From NCBI RefSeq assembly GCF_009914755.1, contig NC_060947.1: a DNA stretch of 64,000 nt. One strand, written 5' to 3'. Every line of letters begins with the position of its first letter. Positions within the stretch are counted from its first letter, which is position 1. Positions 26,801-39,462 of the stretch are shown in pieces. The translations under genes were made by a program, and so were the position numbers. Origin of the DNA: the human T2T-CHM13v2.0 reference genome, Homo sapiens. Under the pieces are notes generated by a model, which worked only from the letters and a program-made list of their open reading frames with translations, had not been told where the DNA came from and ran no database searches.

Positions 26801-28549
26801 AATTTCTACAGTTTTGTAGGAATTCTGTGCATAGGGTGAGGATAGGGAGTTTATCTCGGGAATCAAGAATATCTCAAACTTGAAAAAATATATAGAAGAG
26901 GGGGCAGAGCAAGATGGCCAGACAGAAGGATTCACAGATGATCCCCCCTCCCAGGAACACCAGATTTAACAACTATCTACACAAAAAAAACACTTTCATA
27001 AGAACCAAAAATCAGGTGAGCTCTCATAGTACCTGCATTCAAGTTCATATTGCTAAAAGAGGCACTGAAGAGGGCAGGAAACACAGTCTTAAATTGCCAA
27101 TGCCACCGCTCCCTCATCCACCAGCAGTGGATGTGTAGCATGGAAAAAGAATCTGTGTGACTGGAAAAGGGAGGGGAAGAGCATGCAATTGTGAGACTTT
27201 GCAATGAACTCAGTACTTCCCTGTCAGAGCACAAAGCAAAACCATGTTGAACTCAGCTGATACCTGCCCACAGAGGGAGCATTTAGACCAGCCTTAGCCA
27301 GAGAGGAATTGCCCATCCCAGCTGTCAGAACATGAGTTCTGGCAAGCCTCGCTACCGTAGGCTAAAGCTCTCAAGCCCTAAGTAAACTTGAAAGGCAGTC
27401 TAGGCCACAAGAACTGCAATTCCTACACAAGTCCTAGTACTGAGCTGTGCTTTGGTACCAGTGCTGAATACCCAGCCATACCCAGGTAGTACACCATGGG
27501 CCTTAGGTGAGACCCTGAGACAAGCTGGCTTCAAGTGAGAACCAGTGCATTCCCAGCTGTGGTGGCTATGGTGAGAGACTCCTTATTCTTCAGAAAAGAA
27601 GAGGGAACAGTAAAGGGATTTGTTTTGCACATTAAGCACTAGCTCAGCGACAGTGGGGTAGAGCACCAAGCTGATTCTTGGGGCCCTCAATTTCAGGCCT
27701 TGGATTTTGGACAGCAATTCTGGACCTGTCCTGGGCCGGAAGGGATATCACTACCTGAAAGGTGAGTCCCAGGTCTGGCCGCACTCACCATAAGCTGACT
27801 GCATAGCCCTTGATCTTGGGTGAACATCACTGGTCCATGGCAGTACCCTATGTGGGTCTGTGGTGGTGGTAGCCACAGGGTGAGGCCCCTCTGCTTCTGC
27901 AAAGTTGAGAAAAAAGTGGGAAGGACTTTGTCTTGTGGTTTGGGTGGCAGCTCAGCTGCAGTAAATAGAACACCAAGTAGATTTGAAAGATTTTTGCCTC
28001 CAGGCCCTGGCTCTTAGATGGCATTTCTGGACCAATCTGGGGCCTAGGGGAATGTACCACCTTGGAGAATGACACAAGCCTGGCTGGTTTTACCACCTCC
28101 TGATTGTAGAGCCGTAGGAGCATCAGCAAACATAGACGGTAGACAGGTAGTGGCTACAGCATACCTTGGGTAAGAACCAGTGCTGAACTTGCTTCAGGTC
28201 TGACCCAGTATAGTCACAGTGGTGGTGTCCACAGGAGTGCTTGTGTCACCCAACCCCACGTTCCAGGCAGCTCAGCAGAAAGAGAGACTCTAAGAGAAAG
28301 TAAGGGAAGAGAACAACAATCTCCGCCTGGTAATCCAGAAAATTCTTCCAGGTCTTATCCAACATCACCAACATGGTACCTCCACATGTCTGCACAATCA
28401 TGGAATTACTTATATTACATTCCTGATGATGCAGATACAACTTGTATCACAACACTCAAGTTCTTTTAAATACCTGGAAAACCTTCTCAAGGAGGATGAG
28501 TACAAACAAGCCCAGGCTGTGAAGACTGCAATAAATACCAAATTCTTCA

Positions 28550-29500
28550 ATGCCCAGACACAGACAAACATACCAAGTATCAAGACCATCCAGGAAAGCA
28601 TGACCTCACCAAATGAACCGGATGAAGCACCAGGGACCATTCCTGGAGAAACAGAGATAGGTGAATTTTCAGACACAGAATTCATAATAGCTGTTTTGGG
28701 GAAACTCACACAAATTCAAGATAACACAGAGAAGGAATTCAGAATTCTAACAGACAAATTTAATAAAGAGGTTGAGATGATTTAAAAGAATCAAGTAGAA
28801 ATTCTGGAGCTGAAAAATACAATTGGCATACTGAAACATCCATCAGAGTCTTTTAATAGTAGAATTGATCAAGAAGAATTAGTGCAAGTAAAGGCAAGCT
28901 ATTTTAAACCATACACTCTAAGGAGGTTTTTAAAAAGAAATAAAAAACAATGAAGCACTCCCACAGGTTCAAGAAAATAAACACAAAAGGGCAAATCTAA
29001 GAGTTATTGGGCTTAAAAAGGAGGTAGAAAAAAAGATAGGGGTAGAAAGTTTACTCAAAAGAATAACAGAGAACTTCCCAAACCTAGAGAAAGATATCAA
29101 TATCCAAGTACGAGGAAGTTATAGAACACCAAGCAGATTTAACCCAAAGAAGACTAACTGAAGACATTTAATAATCAGTCTCCCAAAGATTAAGGATAAA
29201 CCATCCTAAAAGCAGGAAGAGAAACGAAACTAATAACATACAATGGAGCACCAATACATCTGGCAGCAGACTTTTCAGTGAAAATGTTACAGGCCAAGAG
29301 ATAGTGACATGACATATTTAAAGTGCTGAAGGAAAAAATCTTTTACTCTAGAATAGTATATCCAGTGAAAATATCCTTCAAATATGAAGGAAAAGTACTT
29401 TCCCAGAAAAACAAAAGCTGAGGGATTTCATCAACACCAGACTTGTTCTACAAGAAATGCTAAAGGGAGTACTTAAGTCAGAAAGAAAAGGATATTAATA
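28550..29500 (+). pseudogene. Disrupted L1 ORF1p
   Basis: SIKTIQESMTSPNE...EFSDTEFIIAVLGKLTQIQDNTEKEFRIL; multiple stops and frameshifts downstream. Confidence 0.85.
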
Positions 29501-29979
29501 AGCAATAAGCAATCACCTGAACGTACAACTCTCACTGGTAATAGTAAGTACACAGAATATTATAACTCTGTAACTGTGGTGTGTAAACTACTCATATCCT
29601 AAGTAGAAAGACTAACTGATGAACCAATAAGAAGTAATAACAAAAGCAACTTTTCAAGACTTAGAAAGTACAATAAGATATAAATAAAATGAAAAAGAAG
29701 TTACAAAGCAGGGGGACAAATCAAGTTTTTATTCGTTTTCTTTTTGCTTGTTTGTTTTTGCAGACAGTGTTAACTAGTTATCAATTTAAAATAATGGATT
29801 ATAAGATAGTATTTGCAAGCCTCATCATAATCTCTAACAGGAAAACATACAATGGATACACGAAAAATAAAAAAACAAGAAATTAAATTATATCACAAGA
29901 GAAAATCACCTAAAGGAAGACAGGAAGGAGAGAAAGAAGAAAGAAAAGACCACGAAACAACCAGAAAACAAATAACAAA

Positions 29980-32900
29980 ATGACAAGAGTAAGTCTTTAT
30001 CCACAATAACATTCAATGTAAATATACTAAGCTCTCCAATCGAAAGAATTAAAAAACATGACCCACCTGTTGTGACAAAGAAACACACTTCACCTATAAA
30101 GATACATGTAGACTGAAAAATAAGGGGATGGAAAAAGATATTCCATGCCAGTGGAAACAAAAAAAGAGCAGGAGTTGTTATATCAGACAAAATAGATTTC
30201 AAGACTGAAACTATAAGAAGAGATAAAGAAGGTCACTCTAAAATGATAAAGGGGTCAATTCAGCAAGAAGATATAACAATTTTAAATAAATATGCACCCA
30301 ACACCAGAGCACCTACATATATAAACCAATATTATTAGAGCTAAAGAGAGAGAAAGGCTCCAATGCAATCACAGCTGGAGACTTCAACACTCCACTTTCA
30401 GCACTGGACAAATCTTCCAAACAGAAAACCAACAAAGAAGCATTGGAGTTAATCTGCACTAAAGACCAAATGGATCTAATAGATATTTACAAAACATTTC
30501 ATCCAACAACTGCAGAATACGCATTCTTTTCCTTAGGACATAGATTATTCTCACGGATAGACCATACGTTAGGTCACAAAACAAGTCTTAAAACATTCAA
30601 AAAAACTGAAATAATATCAAGCACCTTCTATGACTACAATGGAATAAAACTAGAAATGAATAAAAAGAGGAATTCGGGAAACTATATAAAAATGTGGAAA
30701 TTAAACAATATGCTCCTGAGTGATAAGTAGACCAATGAAGAGAGTAAGAAGGAAATTGAAATATGTCTTGAAACAAATGATAATGGAAACACAGCATACC
30801 AAAGCCTATGGGATACAGCAAAAGCAGTACTAAGAGGGACGTTTATAGCTATAAGGGCCTACATCAAAAAATAAGAAAAACATCAAATAAAACATCGAAT
30901 GATGCATCTTCAAGAACTAGAAAAGCAATGGTAAACCAAACTCAAAATTACGGGAAGAAAAGAAATAATAAAAATCAGAGCAGAAATAAATGGCATCAAA
31001 ATGAAGAAAACAATACAAAAGATCAATAAAACAAAAGTTTGTATTTTAAAAGTTAAATAAAATTGACAAATATTTAGCCAGACTAAGAAAAAAGAAGACA
31101 CAAATAAAATCGGAAATGAAAAAGGATACATTACAATTGATACTGCAGAAATTCAAAGGATCATTAAAGGCTATGAGCAACTACATGCCAATAAATTGAA
31201 AAACCTAGGAGAAATGGACAAATTCTAGACACATACAACCTACCAAGATTGAATCAAGAAGAAGTCCAAAACCTGAACAGAGTAATAACAAGCAACAATA
31301 TTGAAGTTGCAATAAAAAGTCATCTGGTAAAGAAAACCCCAGGCCCCAGTGATTTCACTGCTGAATTCTACCCAACATTTAAAGTACTAACCCCAACCCT
31401 ATTCAAACTATTCTGAAAAATAGTGGAGAAGGGAATACTTTCAGACTCATTCTACAAGGCCAGTATTACCCCGATAGCAAAACCAGACAGATAAATCAAA
31501 TAAAGAAAACTACAAGCCAATATCTCAGATGAATATTGATGCAAAAATCCTTAACAAACTATTAACAAACCAAATTCAACAATACATTAGAAAGATTATT
31601 CATCATGAATGATCCAAGTGGGATTTATCCCTGGGATGCAAGGATGGTTGAATATATGCAAATCAATCAATGTGATACATCATATCAAAAGGATGAAGTA
31701 TAAAAACCATATGATTATTTTAATTGATGCTGAATACGCATTTGGCAAAATTCAACATCCTTTTATGATTAAAAATAATACCCTCAAAAAACTGGGTATA
31801 GAAGGAAAATACCTTGATATCATAAAGGCCATATATGAGAGACCCATAGCTAGTAACATACTAAATGGAGAAAAACTGAAAGCCTTTCCTCTAAGATCTG
31901 GAACCCAACAAGGATGGCCGCTGTCACCACTGTTTTTCAACATAGCACTGAAAGTTCTAGCGAGAGCAATCAAGAGAAAGAAATAAAGGGCATCCAATTT
32001 GGAAATGCAGAAGTCAAATTATCCTTGTTTGCATATGATATGATCTTATATATGGAAAAATCTAAAGACTCTACTGAAAAACTATTAGAACTGATAAACA
32101 AATTCAGAAAAGTTGCAGGATACAAAATCTATATGCAAAAATCAGTAATAATTCTACATGCCAATAGGGACTAATCTGAAAAAGAAATCAAGAAAATAAT
32201 CCCATTAACAATACCTACAAATAAAATGAAATACCTAGGAATTAACATGACCAAAGACAGTAAAGATCTATACAAGGAAAGCTATAAAACATTGACGCAA
32301 AAAAATTTAAGAGCACACAAAACAATGGAAAAATGGACCATGTTTATGGAGTGTAAGAATCACTATTGTTAAAATGTCCATAATTCACAAGGCAATCTGC
32401 AGATTCAATAAAATCCATATCAAAATGCCAATGACATTCTTCAAAAGCGGTTGAAAAAACAATCCTAAAATTTATATGGAACTACAAAAGATCCAAAGCT
32501 ATCCTAACCAAAAAGAACAAAACAGGAGGAATCACATTACCTAACTTGAGCTAATATTACAGAGCCATAGTAACCAAAACAGCATAGAACTGGCATAAAA
32601 ACACTAGACCAGTGGATCAGAATTGAGAACTCCAAAATGAATCCATGCATCTATAGTAAACTCATTTTTTACAAAGACACCAAGAACATATATTGGGGAA
32701 AGGCCATCTCTTCTATAACTGGTGCTGGGAAAACTGGATATTCATATGCAGAAGGATGAAACTGGACCCCTATCTCTCACCATATACAAAAATCAAATAA
32801 AAATGGATTAAAGACTTAAATCTAAAACCTCACACTATGAAACGACTAAAAGTAAACATTGGGAAAACTCTCCAGGACATTAGATTGGACAAAGGTTTCT

Positions 32901-33745
32901 TGAGTAATACCCCACAAGCACAAGCTACCAAAGCAAAAGTGGACAAATGGGATCATGTCCAGTTAAAAAACTTCTGCATAGCAAAGGGAACAATAAACAA
33001 AGTGAAGAGACAACCCACAAAATGGGAGAAAATATTTGCAAACTATCCATCTGACAAGGGATTAATAACCAGAATAAAAGAAGATTAAACAACTCTATAG
33101 GAAAAAAATCTCATAATCAGATTTTTTTAATGGGCAATGTGTCTGAATAGACAATCCTCCAAAGAAGACATACAAATGGCAATCAGGTACATAAAAAGGG
33201 GCTCAACACCATTGATCATCAGATAAATGCAAGTCAAAACTACAGTAAGATATCATCTCACCCCATTTAAAATGGCTGTTATCCAAAAACAGGCAATAAT
33301 AAAAACTGGAAAGGATGTGGAGAAAAGGGAACCCTCATACACCTTTGGAGGGATTTGTAAATTAATACAGCCACTATGGAGAACAGTATGGAAGTTCCTC
33401 AAAAAAACTAAAAGTAGAGTTACGATATGAACCAGCAATCCCACTGCTGGGTATATATCCAAAAGAAAGGAAGTCAGTATATCGAAGAGTTATCTGCACT
33501 CTCATGTTTGTTGCACCACTATTCACAATAGCTAAGATTTGGAAGCAATGTAAGGGTCCATCAACAGATGAATACATTTTTAAAATATGGTATATATACA
33601 CAATGGAGTACTAATCAGCCATAAAGAAGCATTAGATCTTGTCATTTGCAACAACATAAATGGAACTGGAGGATATTATGTTAAGTGAAATATGCCAGGC
33701 ACAGAAAGACAAATATTACATGTTCCAACTCATTTGTGGGAGCTA
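29980..33745 (+). pseudogene. Disrupted L1 ORF2p (endonuclease, reverse transcriptase, Cys-rich end)
   Basis: MDLIDIYKTFHPTTAEYAFFS...FSRIDHTLGHK (EN); [53 protein letters not shown] (RT, FADD motif mutated). Confidence 0.93.
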
Positions 33746-34485
33746 AAAAATAAAACAATTGAACTCTTGGACATAGAGAAAAGAAGGATTGTTACTAGAG
33801 GCTGGGAAGGGCTGTAGGGGGATGGGGAGGATGTGGGGATGGTTAATGGGTACAAAAAAATAGTTAGAAAAACTGATTAAGACCTAGTATTTGCCAGCAC
33901 AACAGATTGACTATAGTCAAAAAATAATTTAATTATACATTTTAAAATAACTAAAAGCATATAATTGGATTGCTTGCAACACAAAGAATAAATGCTTGAG
34001 GGGATTGATACCCCATTCTTCATAATGTGCTTATTTCACATTGCAGGCCTGTATGAAAACATTGCACGTATGCCATAAATGTATACACCTACTATGTACC
34101 CACAAAAAATTTAAAAATTTAAAAATAATAAATAAAATGGGAGATTGACATTATGAAAAAATATAAAAGACATAGAAACATAGAATCCACATAAATGGCT
34201 TAAAAATGAAAATATTAACATCTCTACAGAAGCAGAGACCATTTTTTACAAAATTTAACACAACTTTATAATAAAAACTTTGTAAATTAGGAATATATAG
34301 AATTTCCCTAACCTAAAGAAAACTTCTATATAATTCCTACAATAAATATCTTTCAGGAGTATTCCTTTTATTTGTTAGTATAGAAATTGTTTAATGATTT
34401 TTAAGAGAAATATTATAAATTTTGGAAAACAGTATAATGAGCTTCAGTTGTTACAGCTATTCACCCAGCTGCTTCGTTAACACCC

Positions 34486-34860
34486 TGATACAGTTTGGCT
34501 GTGTCCTCACCCAGAATTTCATCTTGAATTGTAATCCCCACATGTCAAGGACAGAACCAGGTGGAAGTAATCCGATCATGGGGGCAGTTTCCCCCATGCT
34601 GTTCTCATGATAATGAGTGAGTCACCTGAGATCTGATGGTTTTATAAGCGTCTGACATTTCCCCTGCTTGCACTCACTCTGTCCTGCCACCCTCTGAAGA
34701 AGAAAGTGCCTGTTTATCCTTTGCCTTCTGCCATGATTGTAAGTTTCCTGAGGCCACCCAAACCATGTGGAACTGTGAGTCAATTAAAATTCTTTCCTCT
34801 ATAAATTACCAAGTGTCAGGTATTTCTTCATAGCAGTGTGAGAATGAACGGACTAATACA
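34486..34860 (+). mobile_element. THE1C/D-like solo LTR with perfect 5-bp TSD
   Basis: tgatacagtttggctgtgtcc...ggactaataca; caccc at 34481-34485 and 34861-34865. Confidence 0.95.
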
Positions 34861-34879
34861 CACCCAATCCCCTTGCACC

Positions 34880-35665
34880 CTTTGAATTACATTGAAGTAG
34901 ATCCTTGTCATCATATTTTTCATCTGCAGATATTTCTGAATGTATCGCTCAACAAAAAGATACATTTCAAGAATCTTTGAAAACAAAGAATATCATTATC
35001 AATAATAAACAGTAAGTATAATATTTTAATATCATTCAATATCTAGTCAATGTTTAAACTTCCTCAGTTATTTATAAATGTTTTGTTAAAGTTTGTTTGA
35101 ATTATATTTCCAAAAATGCCCGTACATAGCAAGTTTATATTTTTGACTTTCTGTTTATCAAAGAATGCCACTATTATTTTCTGCTATTTATTTTTGTGGA
35201 AACAAAACAAAACAAAACACTGAATTGGTTGTTTTGTAGTATTTCACTCAATCTGGATTTGACTAATTGAATCCCTCTTATTTAGTTGAACATGCTCCGC
35301 ACTCTCTTGTGTTTTATGTAAATTGTTGATTATATATATATCCTGATTTGCATTTTAGCAAAACAGCTTCATAAATGGTATTGCACCCTTTTGCTAGAAG
35401 ACCCAAAATACCTGGTGCACTCTCTGTTATGATGACAACCACTGATAGGCATTGTTTTTTCCAATTATAGTTACAAAAAGATGGTATTCTAGTTTTATTA
35501 TTATTTCTTCACTTACTAGCTAGAATGCTTCTATAAAGAAACACCTTAAGATAACATTTGTGCTGGAAAGGTAAGAAAAACACTATTTTATTTTCAAATA
35601 AATGAATGAATTTGTTTTTTTTCATCCCCCCAAGTTGACCAATGAATGTGATGGGGTGTGTGTTT

Positions 35666-35706
<41 letters not shown>

Positions 35707-35910
35707 GGTGTATATGTTATGAAGTACTTATGAGTGTAAACATATTTTAAAACATATTTATGCTTTCCATTTGTTACATTTATTGTTATTCATTCTCGAA
35801 ATATCCCATTTGAGGGAAGATGCAATTCTTCTCTAGTTGATTTGATAAGATTCAAATATTATTTAATAACTTTTTTGTTTACCAGTGTGACCAGATGTTC
35901 TAGGCTTATC
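34880..35910 (-). mobile_element. Old L1 (L1MC5/L1ME-type) 3' fragments
   Basis: aatatcattcaatatctagtcaatgtttaaacttcc; caatctggatttgactaattg; agatgttctaggcttatc. Confidence 0.5.
35671..35703 (+). repeat. (TG)16 microsatellite
   Basis: Direct reading. Confidence 0.95.
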
Positions 35911-37189
35911 TACATTTTTATCCCCGTATGTATAATCTTCAATTTCCACAACGAGAACTAATTTTATTTTTGAATCTCTTTTTTTACCCATGTTTCTGTA
36001 GATATTGCTTTTTATTTATTTCCCCTGTATCCCTTAGTGTGCTTTCTATTTTCAGGCCATCACTTCCTGTTTTCTGGTCATCTTTTCTTGAGTTCTTAGA
36101 TGTATGCTTTGTAGTATTCCTGCATAACTATCATTGCTCTTTCAAGGATTTGATTTTGTAAGTTTTCTGTTTGTTGTTTTAATTCTTATTATAATATTAA
36201 GTTATAATTTTCATCTGCTTTGTGGAAGCCATTTCCAGATAGGTTTTATTCCCTTTGCGTAGAAATATATGTTGCTGTTGTTCATTGTTTATCTTATAGT
36301 ATTCTTGTGTGTAGGCAAAGCTTCCTCATTTCTTGTTACCTGTATTTAAATGGGATGGATTTTTCTAGACTTCTAATAGGAGGATGGGATGGAAGATACA
36401 GGGTATGCTAGGGTAGTATTCCAAGCGTCACAGCTTCCAGCTCCCTCCTCTGTCCCTACAGTGAATATCTTAAGGTATTGTCCTTTCTGTAGCCAATTTT
36501 GCTCTGGCTCTTAGAGCACAGCCTGGTTCAGGTGAACTTCCTTTGCCATCCTGGATCTCTGAGTTCCCATCGCAGCCCTTGCTTACACCACAATGCATTC
36601 TTAGAAACTGTTTTTACTGGAACATTTTGCTACCTGCCACCTGTGGGCCCCTGAGCACTTTCTGAGCCTTAGTTCTCTATTCCTTCTCCGGTGATCTTGA
36701 GGTGTTCAATCTCAGTTATGCTCACACTGGTTCCCTCTCAGTGAGATGTTCTCATTTGGGAGGCAACTATTGGCTGGAGATGTATGGACATGCCAGCCCT
36801 TAGAACTCCTCTGCCCACCTTGTTCTTCCCCATAGTCCCCTCACAATGTCATGCTTCCCATGTAGCTTCACCTTTGATGGAATGTATATACAACTGGGAA
36901 TCTGTTGATTTTTTGAGTCTCCTAGTTTTAATGAAAATATAATTTGAAGTTGTGACTTGTAAAATTTCTCCTTGTTTTCTCCGTATGAATTGTAGGAGAA
37001 AGAAGATATTTCAAAATTAGTTGCTTGATTATAAAACTGTTGGCTATAAGCTGCTTGCTTATAAAGTTTAATTTCAAAAACTTTTATAAATAGAAGAGTA
37101 TGTATCATCTGCTAAGGGTTGTCAAGGACCAGTCTCAGTGCATGTACTGTGAATATAATGACTCAGTACAGCAAACCTGAGGGCTAATT

Positions 37190-37560
37190 ACTGCCCCCAG
37201 GAAGCATGCTGGTTGGGTATTCAAGTCTGCACTGTAAGCAGGTGCAGCCAGGCTGGGGCTCCAGGAAAGGCTCAGACAGGGGGATTTCAGATAGACTGGC
37301 CCCATTCCACAGCCAAGAGCATGCTGCTCTGTCCAGGTCTGACAGTCACCAAAGGCCAATGCCACCTAGAGGAGCATGGCAAGCCTTAGGGGACGGGCAC
37401 CTGTGGCTGTGGTCCACTGCAGCCATTCCTGCACCAAGCCCTCTGGACTCCACAAAGCCTGGAGTCTTGCCCATGCCACCACTCTAAACAGTTCTCCCTG
37501 CCAGCTAACATGTCCATGGGGGATCATGTGATCTCCTGCAGCTAGGATTCTGGAGGCAGT
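37190..37560 (-). mobile_element. Probable old L1 5' UTR fragment
   Basis: GC-rich; gatctcctgcagctaggattctggagg resembles antisense L1M2/L1PB-type 5' UTR as recalled. Confidence 0.4.
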
Positions 37561-37899
37561 GAAGCTTCAGCAGCAGCTGCCTCAGGAAACAGGGAGGAGG
37601 TCATGGCCCCTCCTCCTGGCAGGTCTGTGTGCCACAGGCACCATATCAGGCAGGTGTACCATGGGAGGCTGGCATGTACCCCGCCACTTCTACCCCTGGC
37701 AGGTCACGTAGACCAGACTTTGGGGCTCTCCACACCTCCCCAGAGTGTCCCTCAGCCCCTTAGGTGTTCTGCAGCACTGCCAGCCCTAAATACCTCTCTA
37801 GTGCCTGCCTTGGTTTTTTTTTTTTCCCCCTGTGTATGCATCACACTTTACCGTTTCTTTGCATGTGTCGTATTTTTTTTGTTGAGAATTTGACATTTT

Positions 37900-39462
37900 A
37901 GATATTTTATTATTGCAACTTTGGGTACTGACCCACTCCAGAAGTGGCTGTGATCTTTGCTGGTTTTTCACTTGCTAGTTTGTTTAATGTCTTGGGTGAA
38001 CTATTCCTGTAAGTCTATTTCCCACTCAGCGTGTAGCCTCTGAGTTATTTTTCTCTCTATTTTTGTCTTTCAACCTGACTATCTGGGGGGTCACCCCTGT
38101 GTAATTATAAGGCACTTACTTCACAAAGATTACACTTAAGCCCCATTTCACTAGATACATGTTTACTCTCTACCATGAGATGTTTGTGTGGCTTGAAGGT
38201 TACTATCTTAGTTCAAGGAGTTTACGGTTTTATGCCCCATTCATCCTGGCACTAGTAGTTTGGTGGTTCCCTCTAGTGGTAACTCTGTATAGAGTGCAGC
38301 CTTGGGCATATACTCAGTCTTCCATACAATCATGGATGACCGTGATATTATTTTTAAGCCCGTATTTTTAGGAGTCACCCCTGAATTAGAGTAGCTGATT
38401 GTTCAGTCAGTGTCTTTTCAAAGGTTTTATTTAAGCACCTTGTGCCAAAAAGACTTCTTCCCTGCATAAATGGGTCTGTTTATGGCTCTGCCCCATGTCT
38501 TTCTCTGATTGCTTCTGAGTGGGTGTAGCATAGTGTATATCCACAGGCTTCACAAACAGGGTTGACTGTGATCCTAGGAAGACTCTACATTGGCTATCTC
38601 TTTCCCTGGTAATCACTATTAAATTCCTGGCTGTTCTGTTGTTTTGCTTATATCAGAAATACCACCTATAGTTCACCAAGGTCTTCACTGTTTTCAACAA
38701 CACACTTAGGCATGACTTCTCCACTCACTGTTCCAAATAATGTCCACTCCCTCATGCACAACTGAGGAGCTATTTACTCTTAAAGCTTGACTTTACTCCT
38801 GGACAGAACCCTTGTGTCTCTGCACTGAAGCTGCTGGTGGGAACCCACTTTTCCAGAGTAACACCCCTATTCTAAGAATGGGCATTGCGGACTGGAATAT
38901 CAGCCCCAGTCTTGTCAGCTTGCCCCTCCAGACATGGAACCTCCACTCTACCAGCAAGGTAGTAGCTAGACAGTTGGGGCCAGTATCCTTTGCCTGCAGT
39001 ACCTAAGGTAGACCTTTAACCCTATGAGTGGAGATAGGGTGTGAGAAGAGAGACCAGTTCTTCTGCACACCTAGAATAAGGCTTCCACACCTCAGAAGTA
39101 AGAGGAATGAGACACAGCAGCAGCCTTCACATCCTCGGACGAAAATATATCCCCAGGCAGCTGGGTGAAAGGGATCTACCATATTCTTTTTTGCACATGC
39201 CTGGGGTAGAACTTTTGGAACAAATAACTGGGAATGGATGGATAACGGACCAAGTTGTGGCTCAAATGCCTCACACTCTCGGTGTTCTGACCAAAACTTA
39301 GTAAATTCTCTTTAACAAATGTGTCTCCTAATGCTCTGTGGTTTTAGGAATATCTCCAGAGACTTCAAAATATTTTTTTCTTTTATAATTTTCACTGGTT
39401 TAATTGCTTTACTAGGGAGGGAGTCTAACATGTTCCTTATTCCATCATTTCAGAAGCTCCAT
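37900..39462 (-). mobile_element. Probable L1MC/L1MD-type 5' end
   Basis: Ends with tttataattttcactggtttaattgc...ccttattccatcatttcagaagctcc, typical of the antisense start of old L1M 5' ends. Confidence 0.5.

Larger units (their letters stand above)
26899..34137 (+). mobile_element. Full-length (about 7.2 kb) inactive L1MA1-3-type LINE-1
   Basis: 5' start gggggcagagcaagatggcc, about 1.6-kb GC-richer 5' UTR, ORF1 and ORF2 remnants in order, 3' end cacctactatgtacccacaaaaaatt plus A-tail. Confidence 0.96.

Noticed and set aside
31609-32174. Reverse transcriptase ORFs as a novel RT system
   Set aside because: Ordinary fragmented LINE-1 ORF2 in its normal context, with a mutated catalytic motif
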